From NCBI GenBank assembly GCA_009103225.1, contig RHPI01003124.1, positions 62,001-126,000 of the forward strand: a stretch of 64,000 nucleotides of DNA, given 5' to 3'. Source of the stretch: Chlorokybus atmophyticus (taxonomy: Eukaryota > Plantae > Mesostigma and Chlorokybus algae). The notes under the pieces are model-generated. The model worked only from the letters and a program-made list of their open reading frames with translations, had not been told where the DNA came from and made no database searches. Shown one piece after another: positions 33,938 through 43,728 of this stretch. How positions within the stretch are numbered: position 1 is the stretch's first letter; each line of letters opens with the position of its first letter. A program made the translations under genes and the position numbers.

Positions 33938-36615
33938 CTACAACTCCATGCCTACATCAGCATTTGGGGGAGGTACGATGACGGCAGGCAATGCCGAACT
34001 GGCCTCCATAGCGTGGCCGTGCGGCTCATCAAGCTCCGAGGGCGACCCTGCAGGCGCACCCGTGGACATACCACTGCCTGCTCCTCGCATCCTGTCAAGC
34101 GGGGGCCCTGCAGTGATGAAAATAGTGTAAGCATGCAGCATGGTGTGCTACCAACCAATGTGTGTCTGCATGTGCATGTGTGTGCGCATGATATTAGCAG
34201 TGCAGCAATGCGTGCCTTGTTGCATCCGGGCCTTCTTGTTGGCTCGGTAGCGTTGTGCGCGCTTGGCCGCCGAAGCACGCTTCTCTTCCAGCGAGACCCG
34301 CTTCCTCCTTTCCTGCCTGGCAGCATGGCGGGCAGAGATCTGGGCATTACGTATGGAATGCGTCGACATGCCCCCATGATTCAATCGTTGTTGTTGTGGT
34401 TGTTGCTGATGCTGATGAGACAACGGCTCCACCCCGCTAGGGCCGGCGCCACCCAACGGGTGCACGCCGCCTTCGGGGTGTTGATGATGATGAGGACTGT
34501 GCAGATGCTGACTAGCAGCAGCCGCCGCAGCAGCAGCGGCAGCAGCAACCGCAGATGTTGTTATGCCCGGCAAGGCGGCCTCCACCAGCTTTGAACAGCT
34601 GGCGGTCAGTGCTCTTATGTGGTCCAACACGACATAAATGTGCTGAGGAGTAACCTGACTATTCGTGTTGGACATTGACACGGGCCCCGGCCCAGCACTG
34701 GCCCCAACAAGCATGGAAGCTGTGTCAGTACCAGCACTGGCTGGCAAGCCCAGCTTCTGCTTGGCTGCATTCGTCAAACCCCCCGGGTGGCTTGCTGATA
34801 TCAACGCCGCCAGCGCCGATGTGATGCTGGCATTGCCGCCGTTCTCCACCCTGCTCGAATCGACCATGGCCAGCTTCGAAGAATCAGGAAGATCCATGCG
34901 ATCCACGCCAGTTGAGGATGGCATGTCCACCGGTGACTTGGCCTGTGACAATCAACAATGTCACATTCTGGAGTGTTGCATTTGTAGAACTTGGCGACTA
35001 ATATGCAACTAATGTCAATTCCCTTGTTACTTGAGTAACAACGACAGAAGTGACAAAGCAAGCAGCTGATCGTAGCATCACGCATGTATCAAAGTCGATG
35101 GCAATATGGCAAGTTACCTCAGCACCACTTGGTAGGCGTGGGACCACTGTGCTCTCCCTGACAGCTTCTCTGGTGATTGCCTCCCTGCACACGCATTTTG
35201 ATTGTTGTCACTTGAGTGTGAGTTGAGATACGCAACACGAAACGGTTGACAACGCACCTTCTATTTACAAGCACGACGGAGCGCATCTCGCAGTTATCAA
35301 AGCTGCAAAAGGCCACTGTCAGTGGCACAGCAAGTAACAAGCGTTTGATGTCTGCGCAACAGCCAACTGCTGGCTTACTGTCGCTGCAACCCTCCAGTGG
35401 CATCATCGCCTACTGTCGCCATCAACGTGGACAGGAAACCGCTATGCGTGACCACAGCAATTCGAGTCTCTGGCCTTGACTGCAACCTGCATTTTGTTGT
35501 CAGCGCAATATGGCCTGGAGCGTGCAATGCCAGCAGATGCTGGCTAGGATAGTTAGTTTTGCAAGCATACCAGTTGATAAACTCCCGTGCCCGCAAAGCA
35601 AGCGCTTCGGGCGGCTCACGCTCCTCAGTCCACCAAGTATCTTCGTCAGTTTGGACCTGACAGCACGCAGCAACAGTTTGGCTAATTGTACACGATGCTC
35701 ATGTTCCAGCATGCAGGCATGAGTGTGCATACCTCAGAAAAGTCAACACCAGGAAAACAGGTCCTGTAAAAGCTGATGGGCTGCCGTTTGTCACATGGAT
35801 GCAAGCCCTGCAGGGAGTGTCGATGGTCAAGAAGCTAGTTGCACATGCACAAGATGTTGTTGGTGACAAAACAACAATGCTGCAGCTTACCAGGTGCTCC
35901 CGGCATAATTCTGCCGCCATGATGTGAAAATTGCCATTCGCATACAGTGCAGGAGACACCGTGCCATCTGGCCGAGCCATTGGAGTCATCAGAAGGTGGC
36001 CTGTGCCATCCGCTTGCCGCTGGCCGAACACACAAGCGGCTGTCTGCAATGTCCTGTGCAAACACGTGTCCCCCATCAGTATAGTTGCTGACCACTGACT
36101 TCAACACCTCAATTGAACAGCAGTGTGTACCTCAGCATGGGTGACACCACCACTAACTGTACGTTGAGAGGCTCCGCCAGAGAAGCCATCTCCTGGCGCA
36201 ATGCGTCTGCCTGCAAGTGTAACGCACCGAACTGAACTATGGCATGCAAAAGTGTCTCCTTGAGGTGTTGTGTTCACAGGTACAAATGCAGTTTCACGTT
36301 GACCTGTGCAGCACTGCAGCTCACCTGCTGCCAGCCAAAGGGCGTGAGTTTGGCGTCCTCGAACTCCCATGACAGAAAAGCTGCGCTGTTGCTGGCCCCG
36401 GCAATATTGTGCTCAGCCTGACCATGCCGGATCTGCGTGCATTGTCAACAAAACCGCAAGCGTTAATGCCAGGATACAATATGCGCAGCAGCAATCTGCA
36501 TGCAAAGCAGCATGTTGGGAAAGCTAGCGCACAAGCCAAGCCTGCTACTGACCAGATGGACAGTCTTGCAGGCGTGTAGAGAGTACAACGCAGGCCCATA
36601 CTTGTCTTCTGCCAT
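33938..36615 (-). CDS. Histidine phosphatase / phosphoglycerate-mutase-like protein with long C-terminal extension
   Basis: LYSLHACKTVHL|IRHGQAEHN (RHG motif), DAKLTPFGWQQ, VVVSPMLR|TLQTA, GVHPCDKR, IAVVTHSGFL, FDNCEMRSVVL. This is the plant PGAM-like family layout. Phase-consistent downstream exons add more than 330 aa. Confidence 0.85.
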
Positions 36616-37235
36616 GCCTGCATCGCGCAACAAACCAACCATTGCAATACTCAACATCCAAAAAATGTTGTGACCAGTTGTCATGCTGTACACACCATCT
36701 ACATTGTCAAGTCAAATCAGCATGCCACCTGACGGACATACGAGCACCGTGATGCCTCACTGACGCTATACACAGATGTCAACCGAATAGTGGTAGAAGC
36801 GATGGAGAGCATCTCGAATCACGACTATGTGGCCTGATCAGGCCACGGTGTTACCACAACCAGGCTGACAGGCAGGGCAGGATTGCTAAGCAGGGGTCAG
36901 ATGCTGCATGCAAAGACTGGGCATTACCGCTCACACCGGCGACGCGCTCAGGCGACAAAGCTAGGAGAGCGCATGCACACAGCCGGACAAACGGAGGTCG
37001 TGGACCACCACCTTGGCGACGACGTCGGCGACGTGGGCGGCGACGACGCTGCGGGCGTCGCCGGCGTGACGTCACGCGTGACGACAGTTGTGACGAAACC
37101 CTAGAGTGGACATGACGTTAGCCGAAAGCGATTCTGCTTCCTGCGATCCAGCCTTACTCTACGGCTGCGTTGAGTCGACGCCTTTTGCGCAAATACCGAT
37201 CTTTGTTCATCCAACGGAGAAAGCGCAATCAACTT

Positions 37236-38156
37236 GCATACACACACACATGCACACACGTATATATACATATATGTGCATATATATATGCATACATATA
37301 TACGCATACGCATACGCATACATGCATATATATGCATATGTGTATGTATATATATGTATATATATACATATATCTGTGTATACATATGTATATATGTATA
37401 CACACACATATATATATGCATATATATTATGTATGTAGTATATACATATACATGCATATATATATGTGTGTGTGTGTGCGTATGCAAGTTGACCACCATA
37501 TGTACACACACACACGCACACCCAAAAAATACCATATATGTACATATGTTATGTACATATACATATACATATATACATATTCGTATATGTTCGTGCATAT
37601 ATATATATATATGGATGTCATATGTACGTGTATATGTGTTTATATATATACACATACATATATATGTATATTTGTATGTACACATACATACAAATATACA
37701 TATATATGTATGTGTGTGTATATCATCATAAACGTACGTAAGTATGTGTGTATATATATATAGAGAGAGAGAGAGAGATGCATAGATAGATAGATACATA
37801 GATAGATAGATACACTGTATCTATCCATATATATGATTTATGTATATGTATGTACATATATACATACATACATGTACATATATGTACAAATATACAGGTA
37901 TATATATGTCCATATATGTACATGTATACATGTATATACAGGTATATATATGTACATATATGTACATGTATATATGTATATATATACATACATAAATATA
38001 TATATGCTTATATATATTTATATATATACATATATATATGTATATGTGCATATTTAAACATTAACATACAATCACGCATATGACACACACGCACACATGC
38101 GCACACACACAGACATATACACATATATGTATACAAATAATCAGTATAGGTATACA
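37236..38156. repeat. Long compound (TA/TG/CA) microsatellite
   Basis: About 0.9 kb of near-continuous alternating purine-pyrimidine dinucleotides with a short (GA)n/GATA insert. All ORFs called here are repeat artefacts. Confidence 0.97.
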
Positions 38157-39544
38157 TATTGATTTGAACAATTAATTGCGTATTCCTGGGATGGGCAGAA
38201 ACCACCCACAACCAACCTTGTGCTCTTTGCACGCCCATCCAGCGCCATGGCAAACAATCAGTATCGCGGCCGCCACCCCTCACGCCGTAACAAGCTTGGC
38301 CGACCATCATGGTCAATGATTGTGCGCAACATATCGGTTTGTCATCGGCGTCATCGGCGGAAGCCGTATATATTATAGGCAACGGCGGCGTTTGAGCGAT
38401 TCCGCCCAACTAGTGCAGCGACAATTTAAGCAAACATTTTGGGCCTCGGCGGCCCCACGCCCGCTCTGCCAACCATAAGGAGCCAGTTGTCGCGGCAGCA
38501 CACGATGTGAGCACGGGTGACAACCCCAAAACCAAGCCTAAGCTGCGTCACAGCATCCGGTTGAAGAGACCCTCGCCCACTATCATACCCCCGTCAATAG
38601 CGTCATCGCAATTGTAGCATAACTCGATATCAACTTCTTAACCATCAGCGCCTTGGCTGATGTGACCTAGTGGAACACCCTCATGTTATAACGGTCACGA
38701 GCATATTGACGTTAGGGTTAGGCTGCGGCATTGGCCTCGCAGCGTCCAAGTGAGGAGTCGTGTTGGCCTTGAACATGTTTGGAATTGGCCTTGCTACCAT
38801 GCACACCTTTTTAAACGCGCCGACGACGCCTACGCCATTCGTCTTAGATTCTGCCAGAAAGGTGCAGACTCCCCCTCATTGACGCATCCGATGGAATAGG
38901 CTTATCCGTCGGCGAGACTTTAGCTTTGGCTAAAATCTCGTCGATGTTAGGCCTTATGGCTGGGGCCTTGCTATAAGGTTAAAATCTTAGAAGCTCAATG
39001 CCCACCGTGTTAAACAGCTACAGGTGTACGAATAATCGAAGCCGCATAGGGAATGTAAACATATATGTCAATTTTCACTCTATAATGCCAACGACAAAAG
39101 GAAACAAACGAATACACATTAATACATATTAATACACACGCACACACACGCACACACACACATGTGTGTGGGTGTATCACACAGTGTCTACAAGTTTTTC
39201 AGTGGTCTGCCGTTTTTGCAAAATTGTAACTGAGTTATGGCGGCGCAAATTTGCCGCGCGTCTCTACGAGAAGTTGTTAATCACCATGTATGTGATCTTT
39301 GTATGTATGCCTTTTTTAGCAGTAAATGCAAATGCACTTGACTTGTTGTTGACAACTTCAACAACAACTCACACAATTGTAAGTTTTACACTATAGTGTA
39401 AGACTATGATATGAAGAAAGAATTTATCTGCAAAAATTGAGTTAATCTTATCGTCATCATCATACATACTTGTAAGGATTTTGTCATTGCAAACAACTTA
39501 TACTTTTACATTATATATTTTTCAATGCGAATGTGTTATACTAA

Positions 39545-39876
39545 ATCCTCAAAGATTCTGTTGACTCCAAACTGCAAGAATTCTAGCATTTTGAAGGCTG
39601 CAAACAATCTGATGGTGTGCACGCAAAAAGAGTGGCATTCATTTTGTTCAACACTTATGCCGCCGTAGAGTGAGGTGCTGCTCTGCTGCGCAAGCAAGGC
39701 TTTGACATGGTGCCTTGGCAATGGAAACAGTACCAGAAGGATCCTCTTGCCATCAACCTGCCTAAGGTCCGCGCCAAGGCCAAGGCAGAGGAGAGTGTGG
39801 CTGAGCTTTAGACGTTGATGCGCGTGGAGGATGTACATGCAGCAGTACGTCAGCAACGGAGGTGCGCATATGTATG
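39545..39876 (+). pseudogene. Decayed coding fragment, possibly RRM-like (LINE ORF1 or captured gene)
   Basis: One frame reads ILKDSVDSKLQEF*HFEG...VAFILFNTYAAVE*GAALLRKQGFDMVPWQW...AEL*TLMRVED. Each of the three internal stops is one C>T change from CAG or CGA. Confidence 0.35.
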
Positions 39877-41099
39877 AGCGTGCACCTGCGCAGGGTGCAT
39901 CGTTTAGGCAGCATCTCACGGTTCTGACAAACTCTTGCGTACACTTGCCAACCACCTCAAAAACAACATTTAACAAACTCACCCTCCCCATGGCATGAGA
40001 ATGTACACATAAGTTGGAATTCCAGTTTCACCAATAAGATAGTGCAGTCTTGTTTATCACTGTGGTTCATTCTCCTTTTGCTATATTATGGGCATTATAA
40101 CCGACGAGTGTGCCGCTTTACCGCGGCACACTCGTCGCTTATAGTGCTCACAATGGGTAGGGATCAGGACTTTATGGTGATCTTCATGCACTCTCACACA
40201 CCCCACGACGCGCGTCCATTGTTATAGGCTGGTGCTTACGTGAATTGCACACTATACAATTTCATGACGACTTTGAATTTTAATTTAGTGTCCTCAACAA
40301 TGAAAGTCAATGATGCTGATAGTTGCTTTAAAACCCACCCAGCATCATCACGAATATGCGTGCACAATGCTTCAATTCTTGCTTGTTACGAAGACTATTC
40401 ATGATCAAATTTCACAATTGTGAGTGACACTGCAGTGGTGTGTGTGGCACAGACTTACACCGCAAAGGGGAGCTGGCGCGTGGGGTTTTGCATCGTCAAT
40501 CTGATATGTAGATTGGTTTCCACATACTCTGCCAAGCTTGCCTAGCTGTAAGGTTTTGGTGTTGAGTTGTATGGCGCCTATGACATTTATAGCCAATGTT
40601 GATAATGTCATAATTGTTTGCGGTGGCTAAGTTGAGTCTCATACGCACATACATGTGTGACTGGTTGTGTTTGTTGCTGACTTTGTGTGGGGATGTAGTT
40701 ACATCCCCACACAAAATCAGCTAGTGCAAATCCTGACTCCACATGATTTGCCAATAGGTTGCGTTTTATGGAATGGAAGGTGCATGGCCTATTGAAAAAA
40801 CAGTTGACTGCACCTACTATTGCTACACATACTGTAGCTACACTTGCTGCATACAAGCGGTATACATGTCGCTATCCGATCTGAACTCAATTCACCCACC
40901 GCGCACAACGCTACGCACAGAATTGGCCAAAACACACTGTATTTCATGCATCAAGTTGGTGCATGCTTTCATGGATACCTCCGCTGCATCCGCACATGTG
41001 CACACTAACTACAATTTACATAACACAAAATTTTGCGCCGACCCAAGACTATCATTGCGCACATGTACCTTACAACGTCGCAAAATTTACACGGTGACT

Positions 41100-42119
41100 A
41101 ACGAGAGACTGAGGGACTGTTGGATGCCTGACCCTATCTGACCCCAACGGACCTAACGACTTGGGCCACAAAGGGACTGAATAAACTGCCGGTGCGTATT
41201 GTGGACAATAATCAATTGCCGACCGCCGATCGTACAGTACAGTGGACTGTTGCCTATCTGTGATGACGTGACATGAACATATTTTGACGGCCGACCGCCG
41301 GTCATACTGCTTCCGTAACGGCGACCTACCTATAATGGCAATTAAGTGTATATTCAGGCCCCTAATGGCGGCGGTCGGTACCGGTGAGTCGGAGTTGACC
41401 CGCGGCCGGCCGTCGGCCGTACATAAGCCGTGGCGGCGACTAACCTACATTGGCAAGCAAGTGACCACTCAATCTCAACTAAGTCTGCTAAGAGGGACGA
41501 GCGATGGCGGCGAGTACCTGTCAGTCTGGTTATTTATACTCGGCACACTTAATGGAACAATAGCATCATTGCGATGGTACAACAGTCCCATTAAAGTACC
41601 CTATACGGTACTCATCATTCAATGGTACAACGGTGCTGTCGTACCATTCCTGTGGTACGACTGTACCATTGAACTTGAAAACGTTGAGCGTTTAAAACGC
41701 AGTTGCATTTCAAACGCTGAACGGCTTCATTTATCAGGACAATTGTGCGGCGGCGACGGCGACGACGATGGCGGTTCGGCGGCGGTGGCGGCGGCGGCAC
41801 GGTTGGTGAGTTTGTGTATATGTGTGTACACAGAGTAGTTGAGTTGCATGTGCATGATGGCGTTATGTTAAGTGCAACCCGCCCTTCTTACAGGCCAGGC
41901 CAGGTGGCGGTGGCGGCGTCCAGGTAGGTGAGTTTCTTTGTATGTGTGTGTATGATGCCGTTGTGTTGACGCCCTTCTTGCCGACCAGGCCAAGCGGAGG
42001 AGGAGCGGCGAGGGCGGCGGAGGAGCGGCGGCGCAGGCACGGAGGAGCGGAGAGTGGAGGAGCGGCAGCTGAGTATAAGGGTAGAGTATATAGGGTAGTA
42101 GTAGTAATAGCTCAATGTT

Positions 42120-42153
<34 letters not shown>

Positions 42154-42600
42154 CTCAATGTAGTTTACATTGTAGCATAGCAACATGTTACAATGTTTAT
42201 TGTCATAATATTATATTACATATTTGTGACTCGCCGTCTCTCACAGTTGACGACAATCATATGCGATACCTGCTCGTGACTGAATGGTACCGATAAGCAT
42301 TGGGGACAGTGACGTCAGGTACCTTAAAGGTACCACAAAGTACCCCAAAGGTACCTGATAGTTGGGTACCTTCGAGGTACAGTCGCCGGTACCTAACTGT
42401 TGGGTACCGGTTAGTTAGGTCAAGTCCCCTTTGCTTGACTGATGGGTATTTGACAGGTACCTGTCAGAATAGGTCAGTCCCTTAATTGAAACGGCCGCCG
42501 ACTAATGGTGATGGCCGTTATACTCAGGTCTCTCTATCGAGATTACAGGTGGACTGAGGTACGACAGTCTAAGTGAGTCCTCAGGTGCACGGCCGTTGCC
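41100..42600. mobile_element. Putative non-autonomous DNA element with two GTAC-rich subterminal arrays around a GC-rich spliced core
   Basis: 12 GTAC in 41232-41667 and 12 GTAC in 42287-42657 (hand counts). Shared motifs aagggactga / tcagtccctt (inverted) and gtacctgtcag (direct). No clear TIR or TSD identified. Confidence 0.45.
42096..42153. repeat. (TAG)n/(GTA)n microsatellite
   Basis: gtagtagtagta...tagtagtagtagtagtagtagtagtagtag. Confidence 0.95.
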
Positions 42601-42609
42601 CATATTTCA

Positions 42610-43010
42610 TCGGCCGGCAGGGGAAACAATTTGCGACGAGGTCAAGCTATCTTGTACCGATGATGATCTCTTCAAGGTTGGCATACACGCAATGTATGCC
42701 CCGCGAGAGGTATAGAGTTTCTAATACCAAGGCTTGAATATGCTAGCGGAACATTTGGAAGACCACGCTGCCCCCTTGCTGGTGGTGGGGAACTTGAATG
42801 CCGTATACTACATAGCCACTGCTTGTAAATATTGGACCACAGAAGCTGACATTACCACCGCACACCCGTGCCACATTCTCTCTTAGAGAGTGTCGTACGT
42901 GAAAATCTCTTTTAACGTACAACACCCTCTCAGATTGACAAAATATCGAATAATAATTTTACATAAGGCAAATTGACACCGTTATAGTCATTGTCACACT
43001 TTAGATAAGG
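42610..43010 (+). mobile_element. Degenerate LINE ORF2 apurinic-type (APE) endonuclease fragment
   Basis: One frame reads LFKVGIHAMYAP-x~26-PLLVVGNLNA...DITTAHP; a shifted frame gives TTPSQIDKI. These match the APE motifs (N)VYAP, GDxNA, D.W...HP and SRIDYI with plausible spacing. Contains premature TAG/TAA. Confidence 0.6.
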
Positions 43011-43475
43011 ACAATCGCTGCTAGTTAAGAGTATTACTATAACAAGAAAATATGTATATGATTAACATGTATTTAATTGTGACTGTTATACCTTGCTATG
43101 GTGAGCGCTTGTCCTTACATGGAGTGATATGAATTTTGATGTATTGATCGCTTGTCATTGCATTGAGTTGCCCGACTCTTTGTCTGGATGGATCACATGT
43201 ATGTTATAAGAACAATGCCGGTATTGGTTTTGATGCTAATACCTCGGTACAACGACAGAGTTCAAATAGCATTCATGCGTTGTAGTGACTATTGGCCCAT
43301 TGAGTCATGACATTGGAGGAACGACACCTCCGTGTAGTGATAAAATGTCCACACATTCGAAGCCACTATATCGAGGGTAGAGTGTCTACTAGGCTGCGGT
43401 GTAGTGCGTGCCGCACAAGATCTCTGCACGTGAGCCCAAAATAGCACAGCAGAGAGTCTCTCCTAAGCTGCCCGT

Positions 43476-43531
43476 TACCCTATCGTACCCTAACGGATTA
43501 GGGTTGGGATTAGGTTAGGGCTAAGGGTTTT
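43476..43531. promoter_or_regulatory. Cluster of telomere-like (telo-box-type) motifs about 200 bp upstream of the dynein ATG
   Basis: accctatcgtaccctaa-cgga-ttagggttgggattaggttagggctaagggtttt. Function as a promoter element is inferred only. Confidence 0.35.
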
Positions 43532-43728
43532 TCTCCCCCCCTGGCAGGGTGGGCAGGCGGCGGCGGAGGCAGCGGAGAATGCCACGTGGCTCGATGGGAT
43601 CAGAGGTTGTGAATAAGCAGGAAGCAAGTGCTTAGCCCCTGCTAGCTCGCTTGATAAGGTTGTGCTAGAGACGGTGATTCAAGGAGCAGATCCATGAGGG
43701 TATAGAGGTAGTTGGTTGGGGGAAGGAC

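Noticed and set aside
37101-38083. Numerous long Tyr/Ile/His/Cys/Val ORFs (also in dynein and HisRS introns)
   Set aside because: These are translations of dinucleotide microsatellites.
39386-39401. 16-bp palindrome ttaCACTATAGTGtaa resembling fused CACTA ends
   Set aside because: Too short, with no subterminal context or TSD to support it.
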